From: Eubacteriales bacterium
GTDB taxonomy: Bacteria; Bacillota; Clostridia; Oscillospirales; CAG-272
Direction: 5' to 3'
DNA length: 64,000 nt
Assembly (NCBI GenBank): GCA_045659905.1
Contig: JAZRCT010000040.1
Coordinates: forward strand, 2,003 to 66,002
A model generated the notes under the pieces. The model saw only the letters and a list, made by a program, of their open reading frames with translations, was not told where the DNA came from and made no database searches. Shown here piece after piece: positions 29,333 to 38,314 of this stretch; the stretch's first letter is position 1; the number at the start of each line of letters is the position of its first letter. Position numbers and translations under genes: made by a program.

Positions 29333-30429
29333 TATATATAATTACCCCCGCATACCTTTATTTCTCTGTCGGGAATTATTATACCCTCGTTGTCTTCACA
29401 GCTGCTTATTATTATCTGCTTATCGGCATTACCCGAAAGCACGTATTTTTTGCGTCTTTCATCAAGCTCCGATAAAACGTCATCAAATAAATACACGGGA
29501 TATTCTCCGCATATTTCACGGCTTACCTCACCCTCTGCAAGCTTTAAGGATAAAACTATCGACCTTTGCTGTCCCTGACTTGCAAAGCTTCTTGCTTCCT
29601 TGCCGTTTATCATAATTTCAAGGTCGTCCCTCTGAGGACCGTAAAGGCTTACTCCTGCGTGAATTTCCTTTTCGGTGTTTTCCCTGAAAATCTCTATGTA
29701 TCTTCTTTTTATTTCCTCTCTTGTAAGGTCTGTTTCCGAATTTATATTGCTTTTATAATTAAATTCTATAATTTCCTTACCGTCGGATATATCAAAAACA
29801 CACCTTTTAGAGTATACCTCAAGCTTTTTTATATAATCTCTCCTGTATAAATAAATATATGAAGAATACTCCGCTAAGACCTCTGACCAGGATAAAAGCT
29901 CTTTTTCGTCTATATAAAGACCTTTATTTGCGCTTTTTATAAGAGCGTTTCTATTTTCAAGAGCTTTTTTCATTCCCGAAAAATAGTCAATATAAGAAGG
30001 ATAGCACTGACTTATTCCTATATTGAGAAAATCCCGCCTTAAATCAGGACCGCCCTTTACCAGCATCAGGTCGTCGGGATAAAAAAGCACGGCTCTGAAA
30101 TTTGATAAAAGCTCCCTTGCGCTCTTTAATTTGTATCCGTTCTTCTTTCTTTGTCTTACCTTTCCGAAAAGAGAATATTCAAGCTTATTTTCTCCACCCT
30201 TGTCGGTGTATTCTATTTCGCAAAAAAAGCCCTCTTTGCCGAATTTTATAAGCTCCTTATCGTCAGAAGTGCGAAATGACCTGCCCCTTGCGAAAAGATA
30301 TATAGCCTCGATTGCGTTAGTCTTACCCTGAGCGTTTTCACCCTTAAGAAGATTAACCCTCGGGGAAAAGCTTATATTACATTCCTCTATATTTCGGAAA
30401 TTTCTTACCCTTAAGCCTTTGATTATCAT
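29332..30429 (-). CDS. recF: DNA replication/repair protein RecF
   Basis: 365 aa; Walker A GENAQGKTNAIEAIY; the SMC-like signature SQGQQRS and LFDDVLSELD. Confidence 0.95.
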
Positions 30430-31574
30430 TCAGCTTCGTTCATTCTTAAAGGAAGAACCATATAGAAATACTTGAATTTCTCGTCAGGCTCTTTCGGCTC
30501 TATCGTAATAGCGTTAAGCGAGCCCTTCATTGTGATATATATCTTATCACCCTCAGATGCCTTTACCGAGTTTATAAGGTAACGGCAGTTAAAGCCAATC
30601 TCTATATCTCCGCCGACCTTTTCACACTCGATTTCGTCTACCACGAAGCCGTTTACAGACTTTGAGGTAAGCACGAGGCTTGAACCCTCGGTCTTAAGCT
30701 TAACGTAGCTCTTACCGCTTCCCTGAATTTTTTCCTCTGCTATTATATTAGCTCTTTCAAGTCCAGATAAAATTCTTTCTCTGTCTATGGTAATGAAAAT
30801 ATCGTTTTCCTTAGGAATCATTCTGTTGTAATCTATGTATTCGGAGTCAATAGTCCTAGTAAAGAATACGGTATCCTCTTTTCTTACTATTGCGTGCTTT
30901 CTCGTAAGATAGAATTCAATTCTCTCGTCGGTATCGCCTATAATCTTTACCATTTCAGCAAGAGCGTGACCGGGAATTATAAAAGAGGAAGCTCCGCCTA
31001 CTCCAAGATAATTTATATCACAATCCATAGAGCAAAGAGAAAGAGTATATCCGTCACAGGAAACTACCTCTATATTGCCCTCTTTAATTTTAAAGAAAGC
31101 TCCTCTTAACATAGGACGGTTGTCTAAATCCGCAATAGAGTGAGATACCTTAGCTACCATCTTGCGAAGGACCTCGCAATCTATATCAAAGCCTCTGTCG
31201 GTGGTAAGCTCGGGAAGAGCGGGAAATTCCTCGCCTCTCATTGCGAACATAGAAAAGCTTGCCTTGCCTGCGGATATAGTGCAGTTAAGTCTGTCGTTTA
31301 CGTCAATCGTAATTTCGTCCTCGGGAAGCACTCTTATTGTATGATAAAATCTCTGAGCATTTATTATAAACTTACCCTCTCTCTCAATCTCAGTGGGGGT
31401 AAATAAGCTTCTCACACCCTTATTCATATCGTAGGTGGAAAGCCTTACTCTGCCGTCGGGCATAGTCTCAAGAAGCACGCCCTCAATAGAGGTAATGGTA
31501 TTTTTATTGGAAACCGTTCCCATAGCAGGGGAAAGCTTCTCCATTAAGGTAGATTTAAGCACTGTAAATTTCAT
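30426..31574 (-). CDS. dnaN: DNA polymerase III beta subunit (sliding clamp)
   Basis: 382 aa, in the dnaA-dnaN-recF synteny, with a typical three-domain length. Confidence 0.93.
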   Translation of the reverse strand: MKFTVLKSTLMEKLSPAMGTVSNKNTITSIEGVLLETMPDGRVRLSTYDMNKGVRSLFTPTEIEREGKFIINAQRFYHTIRVLPEDEITIDVNDRLNCTISAGKASFSMFAMRGEEFPALPELTTDRGFDIDCEVLRKMVAKVSHSIADLDNRPMLRGAFFKIKEGNIEVVSCDGYTLSLCSMDCDINYLGVGGASSFIIPGHALAEMVKIIGDTDERIEFYLTRKHAIVRKEDTVFFTRTIDSEYIDYNRMIPKENDIFITIDRERILSGLERANIIAEEKIQGSGKSYVKLKTEGSSLVLTSKSVNGFVVDEIECEKVGGDIEIGFNCRYLINSVKASEGDKIYITMKGSLNAITIEPKEPDEKFKYFYMVLPLRMNEAE

Positions 31575-31881
31575 ATGTAAATCCTCTTTTTATTAAATTT
31601 AAAGTAAGTGACGAAAAGCCTTTTTATCGTGTCGTTTGCGAAGCGCAAATTACGTAAATAAATAATATAACGGTAGGAGTATTAATAGTAGGGGGTGTTA
31701 GTTTGTGGGAAAACCCTGAAATATGGCTGGGACAAGCCTTTTTTTCTCCACGGTAACCTAACATTCCTGAGGATAGAAAAGGTGTGCTCCTTTTAAATCA
31801 AATTTCCCACGGAAAATAAACCCTTTATTATACCCTTTTCAATAACTTTTCAACCGGTTCTCAACGGGTATAGGTGGAAAA
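31575..31881. other. dnaA-dnaN intergenic region with degenerate DnaA-box-like 9-mers (candidate oriC element)
   Basis: TGTGGGAAA (31704-31712), TTCTCCACG (31744-31752), TTTCCCACG (about 31803) and GGTGGAAAA (31872-31880), each 2-3 mismatches from TTATCCACA/TGTGGATAA. An AT-rich stretch lies at 31575-31680. No perfect box is seen. Confidence 0.4.
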
Positions 31882-33288
31882 CTAAAGCTCCTTTACCTTC
31901 TTTATAATTTTCTTAATCTGGCTCTCGGTATTTTTCATAGTCCTAATATCAATTTCAACCTTATTGCAGGATGCCATAATGGTAGTCCTGTCACGGTTGA
32001 AGATATCGCCGATATCCTGATAGGATTTATCTGTAAGCTTCTTGATTATGTATACCGCAATATGGCGTGCGTTAGCTACGTTATTAGTCTTTCTTTTAGA
32101 CTTGAGAGCCTCCTCGGGAAGATTGTAATGCTTGCTTACCTCTTTTAAAATTCGTTCTACAAGAATATCGGTAGGCACGTTGCCGGGGTCTATTGCCGTA
32201 ATGCACTTATCTACCGTGTCCTTATTGATTTCAGCGCCGTGAATGGTGTGAAGCATATGCATCTTCTTTATAACGCCCTCTATCTGCCTTATATTCTCGT
32301 GCAGACGGTCGGCAAGATATTCAACGAGGTCGTTTGGAATTACCATATCGAGCATCTCGCTCTTTTTCTTTATAATAGAGGTACGAAGCTCGGGGGACGG
32401 GGGCTGTATGTCGGCTATAAGTCCTCCCTCAAATCTCGTCCTTATACGATCCTCAAGAGGCTTAATTTCGTGAGGCGGACGGTCTGAAGTGAGTATTATC
32501 TGCTTATTCGATTCGTAAAGATAAGAGAAGGTGTGGAAAAATTCCTCCTGAGTTGCAACCTTACCCGATAAAAACTGTATATCGTCGATAAGAAGAACGT
32601 CGGCTCCTCTGTATTTCTCTTTAAACTTATCCATAGAAAATGAGCCGATAGCCTGCACAAGCTCATTCAGAAATTCCTCGCATTTGATATAAACTATCTT
32701 AAGGCTCGGGAACTTTATTTTCATATGGTTGATAACCGCACACAGCAGGTGTGTCTTGCCAAGACCTGAATTTCCGTATATGAAAAGAGGGTTATAATCG
32801 TTGGCGGGGAAGGAATTTGCGACCGCCTCGCACGCCTTCTTTGCAAATTTATTGGAAGCGCCCTCTATGAAGTTATCGAAGGTGTATTCGTCAAGCTTTG
32901 AGCTGCCCTCCTCTATCTTCTCCGAAAGAAGCTGTCTTATCTTTTCCTCTCTTTCCCTGTTTTCCTTTTCCTCCTCAGGGGTAAGCTCTCGTTCTTCCTC
33001 TATTTCTTCATCGTCGTCGTTCTTTAAATTACTGTTCTTTACGACAATAATATCAACCTCAACCTCAAAGCCTATAACGGCGCAAAGAGACTCGGATATG
33101 ATATTTTTAAACCTATTTTGAAGGATAGATTGTCTTAAAGAATTGATTGTGCTGAAAACGGCGCTTTTGTCGTCAAGCGAAACCAGCCTGAATTCACCGA
33201 ACCAAAGGTCGAAGGTAGAAGGAGCGATATTAAGCTTTTGCTTGATTTCGGGAAGCATTATATCTACTATGCTTTGAAGATCGTCCAT
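31882..33288 (-). CDS. dnaA: chromosomal replication initiator DnaA
   Basis: 468 aa; Walker A GNSGLGKTHLL and a C-terminal DNA-binding region (ARHIAVYIIKKLT). It ends with TAG. Confidence 0.97.
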   Translation of the reverse strand: MDDLQSIVDIMLPEIKQKLNIAPSTFDLWFGEFRLVSLDDKSAVFSTINSLRQSILQNRFKNIISESLCAVIGFEVEVDIIVVKNSNLKNDDDEEIEEERELTPEEEKENREREEKIRQLLSEKIEEGSSKLDEYTFDNFIEGASNKFAKKACEAVANSFPANDYNPLFIYGNSGLGKTHLLCAVINHMKIKFPSLKIVYIKCEEFLNELVQAIGSFSMDKFKEKYRGADVLLIDDIQFLSGKVATQEEFFHTFSYLYESNKQIILTSDRPPHEIKPLEDRIRTRFEGGLIADIQPPSPELRTSIIKKKSEMLDMVIPNDLVEYLADRLHENIRQIEGVIKKMHMLHTIHGAEINKDTVDKCITAIDPGNVPTDILVERILKEVSKHYNLPEEALKSKRKTNNVANARHIAVYIIKKLTDKSYQDIGDIFNRDRTTIMASCNKVEIDIRTMKNTESQIKKIIKKVKEL

Positions 33289-33341
33289 CTTTGATTCCTC
33301 TCTTTTAGCGTCTTATTATAATATAAACAATACTTAACATT

Positions 33342-33370
33342 ATTATAACATATAAATATTTAAAAAGCAA
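33342..33370 (-). promoter_or_regulatory. candidate dnaA promoter (TTGCTT-17-TATAAT with TGT extension) inside a ~150-bp highly AT-rich stretch
   Basis: The minus strand reads TTGCTTtttaaatatttatatgtTATAAT. A second TATAAT-like element lies at ~33316. Confidence 0.4.
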
Positions 33371-33435
33371 CAAAAAATAAAAGAAAAATATAAAATTCCG
33401 AAAAACTGAAAAAGAAGAAAATTTAAAAATAAAAA

Positions 33436-33804
33436 TTACAAAAATCTCGATTTTTTAGGCTTGCCTTTAAAGAAAAGAGCAAACAAAAATCCGAAAAACA
33501 AAGCTGAGGTACAGCCAACCGAGCCTGCAGTAAAGGGTCCCTTTAATACTCCTAAAAGACCGAATTGGTCTACCGCCTCCCTTACTCCTTTTGCAATATT
33601 AGCTCCGTATCCAAGCAGAGGCAGGGATGCGCCGCACCCCGAAATATCAAAAAGAGGAGAGTAAATTCCAACTGCGGACAAAAGCACGCCGAACACCGCA
33701 AGGCCTGCAAGTATTCTTGCGGGGGTAAGAGCAGTCAGGTCTATTAAAATCTGGCAGATAGCGCATATTCCGCCGCCGACTAAAAATGCGTAAAGAAAAT
33801 TCAT
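33436..33804 (-). CDS. spoVAE: stage V sporulation protein AE (SpoVAEB-like)
   Basis: 122-aa polytopic membrane protein, MNFLYAFLVGGGICAICQILID..., following spoVAD. Confidence 0.88.
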   Translation of the reverse strand: MNFLYAFLVGGGICAICQILIDLTALTPARILAGLAVFGVLLSAVGIYSPLFDISGCGASLPLLGYGANIAKGVREAVDQFGLLGVLKGPFTAGSVGCTSALFFGFLFALFFKGKPKKSRFL

Positions 33805-33842
33805 AAATTATTCCTTTCGGGGAAGTGTAATAAAATTTCAAG

Positions 33843-34853
33843 CTACACTGATTTTATTTTAACGAGAGGGGCAATTCCGTATATATTTTCGCCTTGATTT
33901 ATGCTTAAGGGGCTCATAAGCGCACCGGTCGAAACAAGAAGCATCTGCTTTATCTCTTTTCTTTTCAGCTTCGGGAAAATAAAAGCCGAAAATACCGACG
34001 CCGAGCAGCCGCACCCTGACGCTCCCGAATGAACGTCCTGATTTTCAAAATCGTAAAGCAAAAGTCCTGCGTCGTTATGGACTGATGCGATTTTTTCGCC
34101 GAGTTTTCCGAGCTTATCAGAGAGAAGCTCTCTTAGCACCGAGCTTCCCACCCGCCCCAAATCTCCCGTAAGAATAAGGTCGTATTCCTCGGGGCTTTCA
34201 GTGCTGTTCTCAAAGAAGGCGCTTAGCGTATCGAATGCCGAAAGCGCCATAGCCGCTCCCATATTTGTTTTATCCTTTGTGTAGCCGTCTATTATTTTTC
34301 CGACCATAAAAGCATCTATATACACCGACGATGGAAGCGAGGACAGGATAATAGCTCCGCCTGCCGTAGCCGTCCACTGTGAGGAGGGCGTTCTCTGACC
34401 GCCGTATTCAAGAGGAGAGCGATACTGACGCTCCTCTGCCGAATTGTGAGAGGAGGCTACCGAGGCGCAAAAGCGTGCCTCCCCGTCGGCTTGAAAATAG
34501 GAGCTTACGGTTATAATGCTCTCCGTAAAGGTAGAGCAAGCGCCGTAAAGACCGATATAGGGCGCTCCGAAGGAAATAAGCCCCGACGAGGATGCAACGC
34601 ATTGATTTTGAAGGTCACCCGATGCAATAAGTGAAAGCTCGGAGGGCGAAATCCCAGCCTTTTTTAAAGCTATATTGAGAGCGATTCTGCTCATTTCACC
34701 CTCGGCACGCTCAAAGGATTTCATACCGAAAAGGTCGCTGTCGTCGGTAAGGTCGAAATGTGAGCCTATAGCTCCCCGCCCCTCCTCCCTGCCGCCTACC
34801 GCAGCAGAGGAATGAATATATACTTTTCTCTTAAGATAAACAGGACACCGCAT
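33843..34853 (-). CDS. spoVAD: stage V sporulation protein AD (thiolase-fold)
   Basis: 336 aa; GACSTFTES, SSHNSAEERQYRSPLEYGGQ and ILTGDLGRVGS match my recollection of B. subtilis SpoVAD. GGAGGA RBS. Ends with TAG. Confidence 0.9.
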   Translation of the reverse strand: MRCPVYLKRKVYIHSSAAVGGREEGRGAIGSHFDLTDDSDLFGMKSFERAEGEMSRIALNIALKKAGISPSELSLIASGDLQNQCVASSSGLISFGAPYIGLYGACSTFTESIITVSSYFQADGEARFCASVASSHNSAEERQYRSPLEYGGQRTPSSQWTATAGGAIILSSLPSSVYIDAFMVGKIIDGYTKDKTNMGAAMALSAFDTLSAFFENSTESPEEYDLILTGDLGRVGSSVLRELLSDKLGKLGEKIASVHNDAGLLLYDFENQDVHSGASGCGCSASVFSAFIFPKLKRKEIKQMLLVSTGALMSPLSINQGENIYGIAPLVKIKSV

Positions 34854-34877
34854 AAATATCCTCCGTTCTAACTCTTT

Positions 34878-35318
34878 TTAAAAAAGACCTACTATAAAAT
34901 AAATAAGTCCGTAAACAACCCCAGCCACCGTGGCGTATAAAATGACGGGTCCCGCTACCGTAAAAATTCCCGAGCCGAGACCGATTACCATTCCCTCGTT
35001 CTTTGAATCTAGAGCAGAGGATACCACAGAGTTTGCAAAGCCCGATACGGGTACTAAAGTGCCTGCTCCCGCATATTTTGCAATGCAGTCGAATACTCCG
35101 AGAGCAGTAAGAAGTGCCGAAAGAAAAATAACGCTGACCGTAACCCATAAATAAGCGTCGTTCCTCTCAATGCCGAAGGAGGAAAAGAGGGTAGCCAAGG
35201 CTTCGCCCGCAGTGCAAAGTATACCGCCGAAAATGAAAGCGAGAGAGGTGTTTTTAGCTAAGGGGGATTTCCCGGTATGTTTTTTTATAAGGCTTTTGTA
35301 TTCGCTGGATTTATACAT
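34878..35318 (-). CDS. spoVAC: stage V sporulation protein AC
   Basis: 146-aa membrane protein, KKHTGKSPLAKNTSLAFIFGGILCTAGE, first gene of the spoVAC-AD-AE triad. Confidence 0.9.
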   Translation of the reverse strand: MYKSSEYKSLIKKHTGKSPLAKNTSLAFIFGGILCTAGEALATLFSSFGIERNDAYLWVTVSVIFLSALLTALGVFDCIAKYAGAGTLVPVSGFANSVVSSALDSKNEGMVIGLGSGIFTVAGPVILYATVAGVVYGLIYFIVGLF

Positions 35319-35579
35319 TTTTAAACCTCTTTATAAAGATTTGTTGTGATAATTTTTGCCGAATTTTAAGGGTAATATGTAAATAATAATTTCCAAAATA
35401 AGGCTTTTAGTGCGTTTTTAAATGAAAGACTTAACGAGCAAAACAAGCTTAATACCGAAAAGCAAATGGAAAAGCAAAAAATATAAAGACGCTTTATATA
35501 CGATATACGACTCATATAAGCTGAAGCATAAGGGATATTGCAGTAAGTGTCTAAAAAAGTCAGTATAAGCAATTTTTTC

Positions 35580-35608
35580 TTGACAACACTAAAAATATGA
35601 ATTATAAT
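35580..35608 (+). promoter_or_regulatory. consensus sigma-A promoter (TTGACA-17-TATAAT)
   Basis: TTGACA at 35580-35585 and TATAAT at 35603-35608, 22 nt before the ATG at 35630. Confidence 0.75.
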
Positions 35609-35629
35609 ATATAAAGAAAATCGGACGAA

Positions 35630-36076
35630 ATGGGGGTGTTAGACGTGGAATACGGCTCGGATTATTTCGATAAGAGCGGCAAGCTTTTGTCGCAGAGCGA
35701 CGAGGCATCTGCTTCTGTAAATTCAGACGGAGAAAGTCTCGATTATGCTGATAAGACCGCAGATAATAGCCCCTCGGGTGAAGACAGATACGACGAGATT
35801 TTCGACACCACGAAGCGCAATACCAGAGTATTTTCGGTGATTTCTTTGGTACTTAGCGTAATATCTCTTTTATGCTCCTTCGTAGGACCTCTCGGATTTA
35901 TCCTCGGTATTATTTCGGTGGTGTCAGCTCTTGTTTCACGCAAGGTTCTCGGCTATTTTGACGGTATCGGCGTTGCAGGGCTCGTCCTTGGAATATTCGC
36001 CGCAGCCTTTGGCGCAGCTATTTTTATTCTCGGACTTTTCACAGACGTCCTTGATGCGATTAAAAATCTTTTTTAA
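35630..36076 (+). CDS. small membrane protein (DUF4190-like C-terminal double TM)
   Basis: 148 aa with an acidic N-terminal half, then VFSVISLVLSVISLLCSFVGPLGFILGIISVVSALVSRK. Confidence 0.65.
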   Translation: MGVLDVEYGSDYFDKSGKLLSQSDEASASVNSDGESLDYADKTADNSPSGEDRYDEIFDTTKRNTRVFSVISLVLSVISLLCSFVGPLGFILGIISVVSALVSRKVLGYFDGIGVAGLVLGIFAAAFGAAIFILGLFTDVLDAIKNLF

Positions 36077-36126
36077 GCTAATTCCCATACACTTGGGACA
36101 AAATAAATAAAAAAAGGACACAAAAA

Positions 36127-37905
36127 ATGACAATAGTACTTGATGTAATTTTGCCCTTGCTTTGCGGACTGTCGTTATTCCTTTTCGGAATGGACGTAAT
36201 GGGCGATGCGCTGAAAAAGAGCGCAGGCAACGGACTTAAGACAATCCTTGGCAAAATGACCTCGAATCCCGTGAAGGGATTTCTTTTAGGACTTGGCGTT
36301 ACCGCCATTATTCAGTCCTCGTCGGCTACCACCGTTATGGTCGTCGGCTTCGTTAACTCCGGCACTATGACGCTTGTGCAGTCGGTTGGAGTTATTATGG
36401 GCGCTAACGTAGGTACGGCGGTCACCGCCTGGCTTACCGCTCTTTCGGGCATAGAGGGCGGCGGACAGAGCGCTTTCAATTACCTCGACCTGCTTAAGAC
36501 CGACTCCTGGATGCCTATACTTGCGGTAATAGGTATTTGCCTCATTCTTTTTGTAAAGAGAGGAAAGAAGCGTGATGTAGGCTTCATTCTCGTGGGCTTT
36601 GCCGTGCTTATGGTAGGTATGTCGCTTATGTCGGATTCGGTAAAGGGAATCGACCAGGACGCCCTTGGCTCTATTCTTACCACCTTTAAGAATCCCATAC
36701 TCGGCGTGCTTGCAGGTATGATACTTACAGCGATAGTTCAGTCCTCGAGCGCATCTATCGGTATTCTTCAGGCGCTCTCGGTTACGGGCGCTATCGACTT
36801 CGGTATGGCAATTCCGATTGTTCTCGGACAGAATATAGGTACCTGTATTACCGCAATGCTTTCCGCAATAGGCGCAAGCCGCAACGGTAAGCGTGCCGCA
36901 ATAGTGCATCTTTATTTCAATATTATCGGCGTTATATTCTGGCTTTCTACCTTCTATATAGTAAATGCGTTTGCACACTTCCCATTCCTTGAGATGCCTA
37001 TCAATATGTGGGGTATAGCAGCCGTTCACACGATATTCAAGATACTCTCCGTAGCTCTTATTTCTCCCTTCTACCGTCAGCTTGAGCGTCTTGCAAGGCT
37101 TACTATCAGAGAGAAGAAGGACGAGGGTGAGACCGTCAATATGCTTGACGAGCGTCTTTTCGCTACTCCCGCCGTAGCGGCAAGCAGCGCAACCACCGCT
37201 ACCTACAAGATGGCAGAGCTTGCCTGCGATTCTATAAAGCGCGCTATGACGCTGCTTGACGAATTTGACCCGAAGCTTGCCGACGAGATAAGGGATATCG
37301 AGGGCAAGGTTGATACCTACGAGGATACTCTCGGAAGCTATCTTGTAAAGCTTTCGAGTGTTGATATGACTGAGCGTGACTCTTTGCAGATTACGAAGCT
37401 TCTTCACATTATCGGCGACCTTGAGAGAATTTCCGACCACGCTGTAAATATCGTAGAGAGCGCAGAGGAAATGAAGGACAAGAAGCTTTCCTTCTCCGAC
37501 GAGGCAAAGCGTGAGCTTAAGGTTATGAGAGCCGCTATTTCGGATATCGTTACTATGACATATCAGGGCTTTATTTCAAACGACGTAAAATGTGTCCTCG
37601 AGGTAGACCCGCTTGAGGAGGTCGTTGACAGAATCCGTGATACAATCAAGAAAAATCACGTCAACAGACTCAAAAAGAGCGAATGCACCATAGAGCACGG
37701 CTTCGTTTTATCCGACCTGCTTACCAACTTTGAGCGAGTTTCTGACCACTGCTCGAATATTGCGGGCTGTGTATTTGAAATATCGAGCTTCGATGCGCTC
37801 GACCTTCACAAATACTCGCAGCAGCACAAGAGCGGCGACGAGGCGTTTGACGCTAAGGTAAATGAATTTACCGAAAAGTATAAGCTTGCGTTTGAGGAAG
37901 CGTAA
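36127..37905 (+). CDS. Na/Pi cotransporter family protein with C-terminal PhoU-like domains
   Basis: 592 aa; duplicated QSSSA(T/S) motifs (IIQSSSATTVMVVGF / IVQSSSASIGILQAL) and a PhoU-like helical C-terminus (ISDHAVNI, VSDHCSNI). Confidence 0.88.
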   Translation: MTIVLDVILPLLCGLSLFLFGMDVMGDALKKSAGNGLKTILGKMTSNPVKGFLLGLGVTAIIQSSSATTVMVVGFVNSGTMTLVQSVGVIMGANVGTAVTAWLTALSGIEGGGQSAFNYLDLLKTDSWMPILAVIGICLILFVKRGKKRDVGFILVGFAVLMVGMSLMSDSVKGIDQDALGSILTTFKNPILGVLAGMILTAIVQSSSASIGILQALSVTGAIDFGMAIPIVLGQNIGTCITAMLSAIGASRNGKRAAIVHLYFNIIGVIFWLSTFYIVNAFAHFPFLEMPINMWGIAAVHTIFKILSVALISPFYRQLERLARLTIREKKDEGETVNMLDERLFATPAVAASSATTATYKMAELACDSIKRAMTLLDEFDPKLADEIRDIEGKVDTYEDTLGSYLVKLSSVDMTERDSLQITKLLHIIGDLERISDHAVNIVESAEEMKDKKLSFSDEAKRELKVMRAAISDIVTMTYQGFISNDVKCVLEVDPLEEVVDRIRDTIKKNHVNRLKKSECTIEHGFVLSDLLTNFERVSDHCSNIAGCVFEISSFDALDLHKYSQQHKSGDEAFDAKVNEFTEKYKLAFEEA

Positions 37906-37906
37906 A

Positions 37907-38107
37907 GCGTGATACGCTTAGCAGAGTATCACGCTAACTCTATTCGCCTCCGGCGAGTTATATTGCTACGCAGTGATATTCGGATTATGACGAGTGATAT
38001 TTGCTCCGCAAGCTTAGGGCGAATAGAATATAACTGAAGCCACAAGGCTTCAATATCACTGTCGCTGAGCGACAATATAACTCTTTGCGTTAGCAAAGAA
38101 TATCACT
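37907..38107. repeat. hairpin-linker array C: linker motif present in both orientations (GTGATA x3 then TATCAC/TATAAC x5)
   Basis: GCGTGATAC-10-GTATCACGC hairpin (37907-37934); AGTGATATT at 37972 and 37993; 9-bp inverted repeat CTATTCGCC/GGCGAATAG (37940/38018); then AATATAACT-GAAGCCacaaGGCTTC-AATATCACT-GTCGCtgaGCGAC-AATATAACT-CTTTGCgttaGCAAAG-AATATCACT. Confidence 0.8.
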
Positions 38108-38117
38108 TTATACTAAC

Positions 38118-38191
38118 AAAAAAAGAGAGATCATTTCGGTGCACAAGTCCATTTTTAAGGACTCGTGAATACCGATTTGCTCTCTCTTTTT
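38118..38191. terminator. long imperfect bidirectional terminator hairpin (A-run ... AGAGAGA / TCTCTCT ... T-run)
   Basis: AAAAAAAGAGAGAtcaTTTCGGTgCACaaGTCC-atttttaa-GGACtcGTGaatACCGAtttgcTCTCTCTTTTT, between the convergent 36127-37905 (+) gene and ilvA (-). Confidence 0.75.
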
Positions 38192-38314
38192 GCTTATAAT
38201 AAGCGTTTAGGCTTAGCCCGAGTGCATTGACTTGTCGAAAGACTTTAACGCACTGCGCTTAATGTTCAAATTCTCTGATTTTGGCGTAATGGCAAAGGCG
38301 CACGGATTTTTTAA

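Noticed and set aside
36286-37440. Long antisense ORFs inside conserved genes (36286-37440 minus, 45555-46532 plus, 57600-58661 plus, 38870-39565 plus, 55074-55763 plus, and others)
   Set aside because: Each lies opposite a gene with clear family motifs. The translations are Arg/Leu/Val/Cys-rich with no recognisable motif. They are typical stop-poor antisense frames.
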